The notes beneath the pieces are model-generated. The model worked only from the letters and a program-made list of their open reading frames with translations. It made no database searches and was not told the DNA's origin. A stretch of DNA of 64,000 bases, taken from the IMG/VR virus record IMGVR_UViG_3300050021_000838; one strand, given 5' to 3'. Below, piece by piece: positions 17,753 to 27,817 of the stretch (its first letter is position 1; each line of letters starts with the position of its first letter). Source of the DNA: an uncultured virus (IMG/VR IMGVR_UViG_3300050021_000838) (lineage: Duplodnaviria; Heunggongvirae; Uroviricota; Caudoviricetes). The position numbers were made by a program, and so were the translations under genes.

Positions 17753-20292
17753 AGTATTTTAAATAATTCCTTTAGTGTCAATAAGACATTATTCCTGGGA
17801 TATTCTTTTCCCATTTTTTTCAAGAGTTTGTTAACTGTGATACCACTACAACTACCATTTCTTAATTTATTCAGAGCATGTATCCAAATCTCTTTTCCGC
17901 TTCCTTTAACTAAGAGGTCAGATTCTTCACCATCAGATTGCAACCATATTTTTTCGTCAGTCGGACCTTCTGGATATAATTTTATTGTAATTTTCGTAAA
18001 CTCTTCCCACCACTGATCTTCAGTTATAATAACATTTGTTAGGATTCCTGACAATTTAATCTTTGCTTTTGTTATGAAATCGAGTAAGGAATAGCATTCA
18101 ACTAAAGCCAATTTAAAATTTATTATATGTTCACATTTTTTATAAATTACATGCGCTGTCTTGCCATAATCTCTTTCTAAGACAAATTTACCTAGCTGTG
18201 TTGCATCAATAATATCTACTGGTCCATTATAATAATCAACATAGTCACTCACTATATATTCAGGTAAAGTCTTAAATGTTTTAAAGATTGGTAAAACACT
18301 TTTAATATTTGATCTATTATAATAAAGAAAATGGGTTATAGCATCACTTGAAATAATATAATCTAAAAGTATCTGATCTTCCGGAACATCATAAGTTGAA
18401 TCTTTACTTAAGCATCCCAATAAGGCAGAGCTTGTCCTATTAAGAAAGTTATTTTTCAAATGATTGGATAGCTTTGTCCAAAGTTTTTCTCTACCGGAAT
18501 ATTCTAAAACGTTAGCATATTCAGATTCACTAATAATTGTTAAAAGATTTTCACTTACAGGTTTCCCATTAACTAAATTGTCCAATATCTGAAATATCTT
18601 GATTATGGGATCTCGGATACCATCAATTAAATTATTACCTCTCTTGACAGCTTCGTACCATATTTCTTGCCAATTAGAATTTTCAATATCAATAGCATTC
18701 AGCAATGTAATATCTTCATTACATAAATTCCCAGAAATGTTTATTAGCCTTTTATCACCATTATCAACTGAGAAATTGATAATCCCTTTAGGTTTCCCTT
18801 TTTTTAGAATGATTTCAATCGCTGCCGTGTAATTAATATCTTTATCGACATTTAGAAGTTCAGATAAGGCCTTATCATATGAAAATTTTCGTAATAATAT
18901 TGTTGCATATAACTTTAACCATTCCCTTCCTATGGAAAGTTCTTTTAGTGCATCTAATTTTTGAGTAGTTAAGGATGATGGAAAGTTAATTACGAATACA
19001 TCTTCAGCATGTTTAGTATTGCTTATATCTGATTTGATAACATTTAAAATACTAAAATCATACTGAATCCACATCCAAATAATAGAGGCACTCTCATCGT
19101 CAATTTTATCTAAAAATGTTTTAATTTTACGACTTAATAACTTTGTCCACCAATTGGAATTATTTGGTTTATAAATATCTTGTATTAGAATGGTAAAGTC
19201 GCTCTTTTTATTTCTCTCTAATGAGAACAAATGATTATTGCTCCATTCATCAATGGATTCAGTTAAAATATTTTCGCTATTAAAAAAAGAGCCAATCTTA
19301 AAAAGTCTTACTAAAAATATTTCTTTTGCATCTGCATTATATATCAATGATTTTATTCTAATCACCAGTTTTCGCTTTATATGAATACCCTTATTTTCTT
19401 CAGGTGAATATTTTGCGATAATATGAGATAAAGAAATAAGCATTTTAAAATCTGTGCATGTCTCTATAGTTTCAAAGGTATCTATCCCTTTTGCTATTAT
19501 TTCGATATCTTCCGTATTAATAGGTATTGCTTCAATAGAAGTTAAGAAATCATCAATCCTTTTTTTAGATTCAGGTTCATCAGCTAAATATTGCTCTAAA
19601 AATCCAGAAAGTATATGTTCGTCATTCTTTCTTATTAAAAAATATCCACTCCTAAAGAATTTGTTCTCAAGTATTTCTGGGGTTGTTATGAAATTAATAT
19701 TTTTAGTGGAGACATGCGACGAGTTAAAAGTTATTCCGAAATTGATGGTCAGCTTTTCATGAAATGACAATAGTTGCCAAAATCTGCATGCAACATCTTC
19801 ATAATTTTCTTGCCCAACCCAAATTATAGTGTTATTAAAATTATTTATTTCCGTATATCCCCTGATTACTTTATTAAATCTTGATATCAATTTCGCATTA
19901 AGTGTATATTTGTCAATTGGGTTAACATCGATTATAATTGGTTCGATGATAATCTCTTTATTCATTTCTTTAGAAAATACATCCAACAATGGGGAAATAT
20001 TATTTAGAAATTTTAAATCTTGAATAGAAATTATTAAAACATGAGAAAATGCTCTTCCAGCTCTAACTTCAGGAGACGTATCTATATATGTTTTCATTAA
20101 AAGAAAATGATCATTATAAACAAATCCCCTTAAAGCCGGGAACCAGCTAATGCCAATTGGTGTCTGGTCGTGTAAGTCACATTTAAAAGCAATCTCTTTC
20201 GCAATTTTTTCTTCGGCCATTGTGGTTTTGAGCAAATCCCAGGCTTTCTTGCTATTTTCACCACATAATGATTGATGAACTGCAATTTTCAT
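17749..20292 (-). CDS. GAP1-N1 domain protein with C-terminal EAD1
   Basis: N-terminal HQSLCGE...CDLHD...RAGRAFSHVL; C-terminal KLYPEGPTDEKIWLQSDG homologous to the effector tail; operon context. Confidence 0.75.
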   Translation of the reverse strand: MKIAVHQSLCGENSKKAWDLLKTTMAEEKIAKEIAFKCDLHDQTPIGISWFPALRGFVYNDHFLLMKTYIDTSPEVRAGRAFSHVLIISIQDLKFLNNISPLLDVFSKEMNKEIIIEPIIIDVNPIDKYTLNAKLISRFNKVIRGYTEINNFNNTIIWVGQENYEDVACRFWQLLSFHEKLTINFGITFNSSHVSTKNINFITTPEILENKFFRSGYFLIRKNDEHILSGFLEQYLADEPESKKRIDDFLTSIEAIPINTEDIEIIAKGIDTFETIETCTDFKMLISLSHIIAKYSPEENKGIHIKRKLVIRIKSLIYNADAKEIFLVRLFKIGSFFNSENILTESIDEWSNNHLFSLERNKKSDFTILIQDIYKPNNSNWWTKLLSRKIKTFLDKIDDESASIIWMWIQYDFSILNVIKSDISNTKHAEDVFVINFPSSLTTQKLDALKELSIGREWLKLYATILLRKFSYDKALSELLNVDKDINYTAAIEIILKKGKPKGIINFSVDNGDKRLINISGNLCNEDITLLNAIDIENSNWQEIWYEAVKRGNNLIDGIRDPIIKIFQILDNLVNGKPVSENLLTIISESEYANVLEYSGREKLWTKLSNHLKNNFLNRTSSALLGCLSKDSTYDVPEDQILLDYIISSDAITHFLYYNRSNIKSVLPIFKTFKTLPEYIVSDYVDYYNGPVDIIDATQLGKFVLERDYGKTAHVIYKKCEHIINFKLALVECYSLLDFITKAKIKLSGILTNVIITEDQWWEEFTKITIKLYPEGPTDEKIWLQSDGEESDLLVKGSGKEIWIHALNKLRNGSCSGITVNKLLKKMGKEYPRNNVLLTLKELFKIL

Positions 20293-21116
20293 TATAGGGC
20301 ATCAAGAATTAATTCTGTTATATCATCACTTTTTTTTCCATCTTTGTTTATATAATACCCATAATTTTCTGATCCATATAATTGGTATTTTTCTTTATTA
20401 GCTGCATCATTTAAACTAAATCCTTGAGGTGATAAGCCAACTATTTTTAAATAATTCGTATCCCAATTTGTTTTTACAAATTCCAATAGAAGTGGCAGAT
20501 TTTTACTCATAATTTGAATAGGCTTTTCTTGAGTTTTCAATTCATCCCAACACGTAAGAACAATAGTAAGTTTAATTTCCGCATTTTTAAGATGAAAATT
20601 ATATCCCTTAGAATTTAAAAATATTTGTAATAATTCTATTAAAAATGATTGGTCAGAAATTTGATATTCAACATCACTCTTTTCTTTTTTATCACTAATA
20701 ATCTCATCAGTAACGGTTTTTTTACTCAAGTCTGATTCTGAAGTTAAATTTGTTATCCTGATAAATAATAACCAATGATTACTTTCTTTAATTGCTTTTT
20801 CCCATTTATTATCTATTTCCCTTAATAAGATTATTTTATTAATTTGTTCCCCACCATAGTCGGGATATTTTATAATTACTCTCTCTTCACCAACTTGAAT
20901 TGGCAACATTATTTCGGCATTTTTCTCTGGTGGAGTAGTTGTAGTTTCCTCACCTTTTGATAGTGCTTCTCGAGCTTCCTTAATTGCAGTTATATCCTCC
21001 ACGGGTTGATAAAAATATAATTTGCTTTTTTTCTTTTGTAGTCTTGTATAAAACTGAGCTACATAAGTTGATTTGGCAGAATAAGGTCTGCCAATAATTA
21101 ATAATAATTTATTCAT
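20292..21116 (-). CDS. TRAFAC-clade GTPase (double-GTPase system, GTPase 1)
   Basis: GRPYSAKSTY (G1), PDYGGEQ (G3), LTCWDE (G4). Confidence 0.8.
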   Translation of the reverse strand: MNKLLLIIGRPYSAKSTYVAQFYTRLQKKKSKLYFYQPVEDITAIKEAREALSKGEETTTTPPEKNAEIMLPIQVGEERVIIKYPDYGGEQINKIILLREIDNKWEKAIKESNHWLLFIRITNLTSESDLSKKTVTDEIISDKKEKSDVEYQISDQSFLIELLQIFLNSKGYNFHLKNAEIKLTIVLTCWDELKTQEKPIQIMSKNLPLLLEFVKTNWDTNYLKIVGLSPQGFSLNDAANKEKYQLYGSENYGYYINKDGKKSDDITELILDAL

Positions 21117-22072
21117 TTTCTTAAAATATTGTAAAATAGATCATGTGTTGATTTAATTTCATGATCCAACTCTTTAAAAGATGGGATCATCATCTTATCT
21201 AAAAGCCATTCGATCACTATTAGATTATTAATATGTACTTGTTGATCCGGGTCCTGTGATGAAAAATTGCTTATATCTATTTGGGTACTATTTGGAAATA
21301 TATTTCTAATTTCTTCAGTCACTGATTCTTTTATTGCTTTTGGTACTTCATTTTTTTTGTCTGATTTTGACCAGACTGCGATAACGGGTCTTTCTTTTAA
21401 ATTATATGTTAATTGATTCGCAATATCTAAAATTTCGGATTTTGCTTCATTTTTTCGTTTAATAAGATCCACACAATCAATAAAAAAGATAAATGAACTT
21501 GAATTATCATATATCCATCGAGCATTTTCTGCTCGTTCATCTTGACGGTTTAGAGACCAATGAGAAAATACCTCTCCCGATGCATCAGATATTAATAAAT
21601 CATTTAATTTATCTTCTTCGTTTTTTAATGCTAAATGAAAGAATCTTAGATAACCCACCGGAGTTGGATCAGGAAAATATACCTTATCCTTAAGGATCTT
21701 TAATTTAAAATGTAATTCGTCCCACCCTAATATTGTTTTTGAACCTGAAAAACAATAACCGTTTAATTTTTTGTCATTGATAAGGAGTGTATAAAGCATC
21801 GCCAGAAATGTGGTTTTTCCAACATCAGCTTTTCCTACCATTCCAATAACACTTGGGCTATTTCGAGCACTTATCTTTGATAGTTCTTCTTTCTCTAAAG
21901 CTTTACCACTCCAACTAATTTCATTTTTTTTTGTTTTGCTTTGTGGCTTTTCTTTTTTTATCTCCTCTGGTGGATTATTGGCAATCCAATTTTCACATTT
22001 GGTATAATCTTCTATTCCTTCAAGGCAAGACAATGGGGCAGTACATTCAGGTTTTCGACATTTGCTATTCAT
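21113..22072 (-). CDS. TRAFAC-clade GTPase with N-terminal Cys cluster (double-GTPase system, GTPase 2)
   Basis: GKADVGKTT, SDASGE, WSKSD; N-terminal C..PEC....C........C. Confidence 0.8.
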   Translation of the reverse strand: MNSKCRKPECTAPLSCLEGIEDYTKCENWIANNPPEEIKKEKPQSKTKKNEISWSGKALEKEELSKISARNSPSVIGMVGKADVGKTTFLAMLYTLLINDKKLNGYCFSGSKTILGWDELHFKLKILKDKVYFPDPTPVGYLRFFHLALKNEEDKLNDLLISDASGEVFSHWSLNRQDERAENARWIYDNSSSFIFFIDCVDLIKRKNEAKSEILDIANQLTYNLKERPVIAVWSKSDKKNEVPKAIKESVTEEIRNIFPNSTQIDISNFSSQDPDQQVHINNLIVIEWLLDKMMIPSFKELDHEIKSTHDLFYNILRK

Positions 22073-22075
22073 AGA

Positions 22076-23095
22076 TTATTTTGTTTTGATAATTTTTTGA
22101 CTTTGCATATCATGAAACAACCACAAGATAAAATCAGAAGATGTAATTTCGATTGAACTTTTTATACCAACTAATTCTTTAAATTGTTTTATATTATATT
22201 TTTCCCCGATTAGTCCCTTAATGAAATTCAAAAAAGTAATTCTTCCTACTTCAATTGAATACTCACCAAATACTTTACTGAATTCAGTTTTTGAATCATC
22301 TATGGATTTTATAAGGTCAAACAATTTTATTTTTTTATCATCGGGGGCAATGTTTATATAAAATTCTACTAAAAAATAATCTGCATTTGAAGGATAAATA
22401 GGCGGGATAATCTCTGAATAGTCTATTGCTAAAGCTAATAGTAGTTTGGGAGATGTTAAGTCTCTATAACTGGAATTAAATGTTGGGGAATAACAACTTT
22501 CCTTCCACCAAAGTAATTGAGTAAATCTATGAATTATTCCTATATTTTGTTTTGTATTTAATAAATTTTGAGATACCCAATTAAAATTATTTTTAACCTC
22601 ATCTTTATTTAATGGTTCTGAAAGTTCTGTCAGGTTATCTTTCTCATCCTTAAAATTAGACCAGTCATTAATAGCACTATCATTTACTTTCTTTCTCAAT
22701 GACAGGAAAAATTCTGTTAAAATATCTATTTCCCTACCAAGTGTATAATATTTAATTACATTTCGAACTGTTAACCAAATTATGCATGCGATATTCAAAT
22801 CCTTAGAAATCTCCTGAAGAGCTTCAAGAATTACTGCTCTTATATACGTTACAGGAGTATCTTTACTATTTGCATTAAATGTAGGCCAATATTTAATAAT
22901 TATTTCTTGAACTTCTTTAATTATAGGATTATTCACTTCTATGTGCGGATCAAAGGCTATAAGTGCGTATGTGATAATATATTGTCTGTTTTTATTTAAT
23001 TTTTTAACTACATCTTCAGCAGCTTTTTTTAATTTTTCAACATTGGGATCTTCTGTTATACTTATGAAATTTTGGTTTAAAAATTCTTGTAACAT
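22076..23095 (-). CDS. GTPase-associated system all-helical protein (GASH-like)
   Basis: Helical protein with WPTF and QLLWWKESCYSPTF..SYR motifs; first gene of the double-GTPase operon. Confidence 0.7.
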   Translation of the reverse strand: MLQEFLNQNFISITEDPNVEKLKKAAEDVVKKLNKNRQYIITYALIAFDPHIEVNNPIIKEVQEIIIKYWPTFNANSKDTPVTYIRAVILEALQEISKDLNIACIIWLTVRNVIKYYTLGREIDILTEFFLSLRKKVNDSAINDWSNFKDEKDNLTELSEPLNKDEVKNNFNWVSQNLLNTKQNIGIIHRFTQLLWWKESCYSPTFNSSYRDLTSPKLLLALAIDYSEIIPPIYPSNADYFLVEFYINIAPDDKKIKLFDLIKSIDDSKTEFSKVFGEYSIEVGRITFLNFIKGLIGEKYNIKQFKELVGIKSSIEITSSDFILWLFHDMQSQKIIKTK

Positions 23096-23629
23096 TTTTT
23101 AATCCTTAAATTATTACCTTTAAATATTCAATATATTTTTAATTACTATTTATAAGTTCTTATTAAAGTCTGTATTAATTAATGATCTTTAAAAAATATT
23201 TTTCAAACTCAAATAGATCAAATTCATCATAAGGTACATTATGCATCGGAACCCTCAGAGAAGCACATCCACAACCATATCCCATGAAAGCGTTGAAATA
23301 ATTATAATTGTCTCAGGATAAATTAATTTAATTCGGTGTAATAGGCAATAAGAATTTGAGTATTCATGAAATAGTATATGTTCATTATATATCCAAATTA
23401 AATTCCATACAATTGATTTCAATTATACAAGGACGTTTTTTCTTCATTAGATGTTTTTTCTAATAACCTTTTAATTTGGAACTATGTGGAATAGAATTAT
23501 CGCATAACGATATAATATAATGGAAATGTGCTATAAATTACAAGGGTAGCGTTACTAATTATGAAAAGGACTGAATAATTCTTAAATATGAGAGAATATT
23601 AGCTGATTCTGATCTACGGGTATTCTACA

Positions 23630-23851
23630 TCACATAACTTCATATCTTTTCCATGTCTCTACTGAGATAACTTTGACAAATCGCTTGTTATACCATACAT
23701 CCGGTGCATAGCCGGATGTAGAAACCCTTCCTGGCACATTCACTACGTACCCTCCACCCTCTTTCCTGATTACATCCGCAATATCACCCTTCTTGAATCC
23801 GCAGGTGTCCATCAGTAACTCGACCTTCTTTACTGTTTTGGTTACTTTCAT
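23630..23851 (-). CDS. hypothetical protein
   Basis: Coupled small ORF (ATGA overlap). Confidence 0.55.
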   Translation of the reverse strand: MKVTKTVKKVELLMDTCGFKKGDIADVIRKEGGGYVVNVPGRVSTSGYAPDVWYNKRFVKVISVETWKRYEVM

Positions 23852-24264
23852 GTTTTCTCAAACGGTCTTTGTTTGGCACCATGCTCAGTAGCCTGTTCTG
23901 GAGTCTCAACACTTCTATTTGACCATCCGAATGGAAATCCTACATTCGTTCTAACTTCCTTCAATACCCATAAATGAAACTGGTTCGATTCATCGATGAG
24001 TCTCGACTCAGCCGGATATAATTCTACAGCCTCATTCTCGGGACCAATGAGTTCGTTCTTAATCTTCTGAAGCTCCCTCCAGTCGTGGATGCATTCCTTA
24101 TCAATACGTTTAATGCTCAGCCACCACATTGCCGGCCAGTCCTTTGCTTGCATGCCCGATTCAAGGGCATCGCTTTTGATTACCTGATACTTATCGTTCA
24201 GATAGAACTGTACCTTTCTGTCCGGATATCCTTCCGGAGTTTCAACTGCTTCAAATGGTGTCAT
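23848..24264 (-). CDS. conserved phage hypothetical protein
   Basis: LSIKRID...HDWRELQKIKNELIGPENEAVELYPAESRLID..N.FHLW is a recurrent phage motif. Confidence 0.7.
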   Translation of the reverse strand: MTPFEAVETPEGYPDRKVQFYLNDKYQVIKSDALESGMQAKDWPAMWWLSIKRIDKECIHDWRELQKIKNELIGPENEAVELYPAESRLIDESNQFHLWVLKEVRTNVGFPFGWSNRSVETPEQATEHGAKQRPFEKT

Positions 24265-24470
24265 CAGTATTCGCTCCCGCCAGCTTCCAAGCCTCTGCTA
24301 TAAGCCTCATCAATCTTATCCTGAATCATTTTCAGCAATGCATCATAGTTCTTGGTCGGGATCACCCGTGCCGTTACTGTGAACATCCTGAAATCAGGTT
24401 CACCAATCTTGCCAACAGTACCCGTGGTAGGCATATCGATTTCAAATTTCTTTAATTCATCAACTTTCAT
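24264..24470 (-). CDS. hypothetical protein, paralog of 24460..24702
   Basis: Shared pattern LK.FE...PT ... VI....Y..LL..I......AY..G. Confidence 0.6.
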   Translation of the reverse strand: MKVDELKKFEIDMPTTGTVGKIGEPDFRMFTVTARVIPTKNYDALLKMIQDKIDEAYSRGLEAGGSEY

Positions 24471-24702
24471 TTATTTTAATAGCTCCGAAATACTTTGGAT
24501 TAACTTTACTTTCTGCATATATTTTCTTTTTCTTAGGGGACAGATGTTCCATGCGTCCCTTGAAATATGCATCCTCTACTTCTCTGTTGATAAACTCCAG
24601 CAATTTTTTGTAACTGCTGGGCTGAATAACCGGTCTGGACGTTATGATCGTCGAGTTCGTCGGTATATGAGTCTCAAACGCCTTCAGATCCTTGGCTTTC
24701 AT
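24460..24702 (-). CDS. hypothetical protein, paralog of 24264..24470
   Basis: Same shared pattern as its neighbour. Confidence 0.6.
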   Translation of the reverse strand: MKAKDLKAFETHIPTNSTIITSRPVIQPSSYKKLLEFINREVEDAYFKGRMEHLSPKKKKIYAESKVNPKYFGAIKINES

Positions 24703-24920
24703 AATTCGCCTGCCATGGCTTTTACGACCACAGCCTTATAAATAACCTTCCATTTCTTGTGGCACACATAACATCCTGCTTCCTGATGCATACTGCCATT
24801 CTCCCCGACCATAATTTTACCCATCTTGATAAACACGCTGCAACAACATGGACATTTATCTGGATTCGCCAGATGATAACTTATCTGCTGTTCTGTCAAC
24901 TTCTCCGTCATAATTTCCAT
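24699..24920 (-). CDS. small Zn-ribbon protein
   Basis: CPCC...CYVC..KW. Confidence 0.55.
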   Translation of the reverse strand: MEIMTEKLTEQQISYHLANPDKCPCCCSVFIKMGKIMVGENGSMHQEAGCYVCHKKWKVIYKAVVVKAMAGEL

Positions 24921-24946
24921 CCTTTCTAAACATTGCTAATCGTTAC

Positions 24947-25279
24947 TTATTTTCTAAAAACTAATCTGTGCTTGGGATTCTTGCAATCGCCTTTGTGAGT
25001 CCAAGTCAATCCCTTTAGCGGATTTCCTATCAGTATGTATTCGCAGCCCTCAATAATCGAATATCCATAAACGTGAACATTAACATCGACCTTGTAATTA
25101 CTCATCGGCACTACTGCGGAGTCGAGAACCACACCTATGTATTCGCTGGCGCCCTTCGTGGACTTATGCTTATGACCGGCATACCCAAGCGATACCATGA
25201 CCACTATTGCTATAAACGCTACAAACCAATAAACTTTTCCTTCCTGCTTCAACCACCACATTGCTCTTGACCTTTTCAT
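24947..25279 (-). CDS. hypothetical membrane-anchored protein
   Basis: N-terminal hydrophobic helix; C-terminal EGCEYI...THKGDCKNPKH. Confidence 0.6.
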   Translation of the reverse strand: MKRSRAMWWLKQEGKVYWFVAFIAIVVMVSLGYAGHKHKSTKGASEYIGVVLDSAVVPMSNYKVDVNVHVYGYSIIEGCEYILIGNPLKGLTWTHKGDCKNPKHRLVFRK

Positions 25280-25289
25280 ACGTATCTCC

Positions 25290-25901
25290 TTATTTCAAAA
25301 TCCTGTTCACAAATTCTTCCCATACTTCTTTAACCGTTACCTTCAGCGCCTCCAGATCGTTACTGTAATACCAGCAGTCACCACCAAAATTATTTCTATC
25401 CAGACTGACTAACTTGACTCCATATTTGCTGACCAAACTGGGTATAGGTCTATCCGGTAAATTCATTAAAATATGTCCGATCACCTGCTGGGGATCGTCC
25501 ATCGTCGTACCACCAATCATCGCTGTACGCATCCACCGACCATATTTATCAGGCTCAACATCACTGTTCGTATAAACATTGATAAACCATACAGGTCTTA
25601 ATTTATGCTTGAATTTACTTTTGATTTCCTTTTCTTCCGGAACAATGATGTCATAATCTTCAGCAAGTTCTTTCTGAGTCAGAACCACAATGCGACCATC
25701 TGCCCGTCTTACTATCATCTCACCAATCGCAGCCGCCCTTACATTCCCCATGCCATCATTCAAGGGGACTAGCAAATGATTACCGCCATCGAGTCTAATG
25801 TTAGGATGCGACCTGATATCGTCCGGCAGCTCTTTACTGTAAAACAGACTACCATCGAATCTCCATGCCTCAATTATTTCCGGTTTTCTCGTGTAATTCA
25901 T
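25290..25901 (-). CDS. hypothetical phage protein
   Basis: Y.RKP.IIEAWRFDG...A.IG.MIV N-terminal pattern common in phages. Confidence 0.6.
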   Translation of the reverse strand: MNYTRKPEIIEAWRFDGSLFYSKELPDDIRSHPNIRLDGGNHLLVPLNDGMGNVRAAAIGEMIVRRADGRIVVLTQKELAEDYDIIVPEEKEIKSKFKHKLRPVWFINVYTNSDVEPDKYGRWMRTAMIGGTTMDDPQQVIGHILMNLPDRPIPSLVSKYGVKLVSLDRNNFGGDCWYYSNDLEALKVTVKEVWEEFVNRILK

Positions 25902-26136
25902 CCTTATCCTTGACTCCCTTCGCTTTCAATTCGTTCAAAAAATCAGTTATCTCCCGAGTACAGTCTTCGTCCATAGCCAGACCATTTTTCGGGAAGAAAC
26001 CATACTTCTGCCATTTCACATGCCAGGCAATTATGCCTACGTGGTTACCTAATACCGAGGTAACTGCATATTCCGGTAGACTCTCTGAATCCCATCCGAT
26101 ACTCGGGAATTCTAAATACTTCATGCTTCATCCTTC

Positions 26137-26574
26137 TTAAACTGGTACATAAACTTCTTCCTCTGCTTTCGTCTGGACTCGCTTGCCCAAATATTCTTCT
26201 ACATCAGGCATTCCGCTCCACTGTGCTCTTGCCGTTCTCCACGGATGCTCTAAACTTTTTAATTCTTCCTTAATTCTTCTCTTCTCCCCGCAGGACTCAC
26301 AGCATCTGGCTTTTACCCGATTGTGCCTGAAAGTCATCGTTGCCTCTCCGGCGCATCCCTCGAACTGATAAAAACATTCCTTCAAAGAGTCGAGTACCTT
26401 AATAAATTTTCTTTGCCGCGTAAATACGATGTAGCATTTCTTGCATACCTGCCATTCGTGCTTAGCCAGCCTCTCAAATTCATCCCATTCAACCGTCTTT
26501 ACCTTGGTCGGATCTTTCACCGGTGCCGAGCAGACTATCTTTCCCTTGATTATCAAATGCGTTTTACTAATCAT
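26137..26574 (-). CDS. hypothetical Cys-rich protein
   Basis: CKKC and CCESC motifs. Confidence 0.55.
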   Translation of the reverse strand: MISKTHLIIKGKIVCSAPVKDPTKVKTVEWDEFERLAKHEWQVCKKCYIVFTRQRKFIKVLDSLKECFYQFEGCAGEATMTFRHNRVKARCCESCGEKRRIKEELKSLEHPWRTARAQWSGMPDVEEYLGKRVQTKAEEEVYVPV

Positions 26575-26575
26575 G

Positions 26576-26959
26576 CTAATTCACGATGTTTTCATTTTCG
26601 GGTAATTTCTTTCTGTAAATCTCCAGTACCTTGATAACCATAGTAATTGCATCTTCGGTGAGATCGAGTCTGTTTGCCATTTGCATGATGAAGGGAACTA
26701 CAGCGGAATCATGTATTTTAATCATGGACGAACCTTCTTCCCCTTGTCTGATCTCATGGAACGGACCGTCATAATAATCAGTGTTCGGCTCAATCTTCAC
26801 CCATGATAAATCTTCCAACATTTCGTTTAACTCCGCCAGAGTCAAGGATTCCATGTAGTCAAAGATCAACTTCTCGGACTGCTCCGGGGACTCGTGTGTA
26901 ATATCATAATCTTTAAGTCCGAGTTTCTCCCATATCACATACGACCAAATCGTTTTCAT
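26576..26959 (-). CDS. hypothetical protein
   Basis: First ORF after motif copy 3. Confidence 0.6.
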   Translation of the reverse strand: MKTIWSYVIWEKLGLKDYDITHESPEQSEKLIFDYMESLTLAELNEMLEDLSWVKIEPNTDYYDGPFHEIRQGEEGSSMIKIHDSAVVPFIMQMANRLDLTEDAITMVIKVLEIYRKKLPENENIVN

Positions 26960-26993
26960 CAAGTTCCTGTTATTTAACTGTTTGAAGATTATC

Positions 26994-27014
26994 TTACAAT
27001 AAACGTGCTAAAGA
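26994..27014 (-). promoter_or_regulatory. sigma54-like promoter motif, copy 3
   Basis: TTTAGCACGTTTATTGTAA. Confidence 0.72.
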
Positions 27015-27034
27015 AAAACCGGATTTCTCCGGTT
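27012..27034 (-). terminator. intrinsic terminator
   Basis: AACCGGA-GAAA-TCCGGTT followed by a T-tract on the minus strand. Confidence 0.7.
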
Positions 27035-27039
27035 GTCAA

Positions 27040-27570
27040 AGGGCGGGCATAGCGGGACCGTAATTCCCCGCTTCTTTAATACAAACCTCCTATGGTTTCC
27101 CAAGGGTTTCAAGTTCCTCGGTTCCCCATTCTCCACCTTCGCTTGAGACGTCATCAGGCTGGAAATAATTCGTACGCATACTCGGATTTTATACTATACG
27201 CCCATGTAAAATCAAAAGGCGGACGTAGCGGACTCCTTACCTTCCACAATTTCATACAAGCCTCCTGTCGGTACCTGTAACCCTTCATTGGTGTTCCGTC
27301 CCGTCTCTCCACCTATCCACACGGTAGGTGCCGATGAGCAGCTGTCTCAAACAGCAACTGACATGCGATGGAAATAATCTTGTATGCGTTCGTAGTTCGA
27401 ACTGTACGTCCATTAAAATGTTATCCTGGCACCCGATTAAGTGATTACGGGGCTTCTCCTATCCAGCCTCATCTCCACCTGCTCCAGATCGGGCTGCTCA
27501 GCTGATGTCTCATCCCTCCTTGGAAGGAAATAACTTAGACAGACACATTACTTGCTATTATGCTACAGGA
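27040..27570 (-). ncRNA. candidate ~530-nt large ornate ncRNA
   Basis: ORF-free, purine-rich on the minus strand, multiple 7-10-bp long-range complementarities, three internal repeated domains, ends at a terminator. Confidence 0.65.
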
Positions 27571-27577
27571 CTTAATC

Positions 27578-27817
27578 TTAGAGAGGCAATAGCCTCTGAA
27601 TTTCCTCAAAACTATATTTCAATGCGACCTTTTCCAAATGCTCTGCAATCAGAGTATCTTCAAGCGAGACAGGCTTGCGCGCCGGCTCCTTACCGTTCAC
27701 CGCCCGCCTTATCATTTCAATTTCTTTCGGATTCGAACTGACCGCGATGTACTCCAATACATCACCAAGTTCTACGTCCACTTCAATCTCTTTACTTATT
27801 GTCACATTCAGTCCCAT
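27578..27817 (-). CDS. hypothetical protein
   Basis: TAATG-coupled ORF. Confidence 0.55.
   Translation of the reverse strand: MGLNVTISKEIEVDVELGDVLEYIAVSSNPKEIEMIRRAVNGKEPARKPVSLEDTLIAEHLEKVALKYSFEEIQRLLPL

Larger units (their letters stand above)
15960..23620. mobile_element. AT-rich defence/conflict island (boundaries approximate)
   Basis: Abrupt visible drop in GC; carries the GTPase conflict operon; no integrase seen. Confidence 0.65.

Noticed and set aside
15368..23618. GATCTACG at both ends of the GTPase island as a target-site duplication
   Set aside because: Only 8 bp; the left copy lies inside a backbone-like gene away from the GC shift; no recombinase is seen
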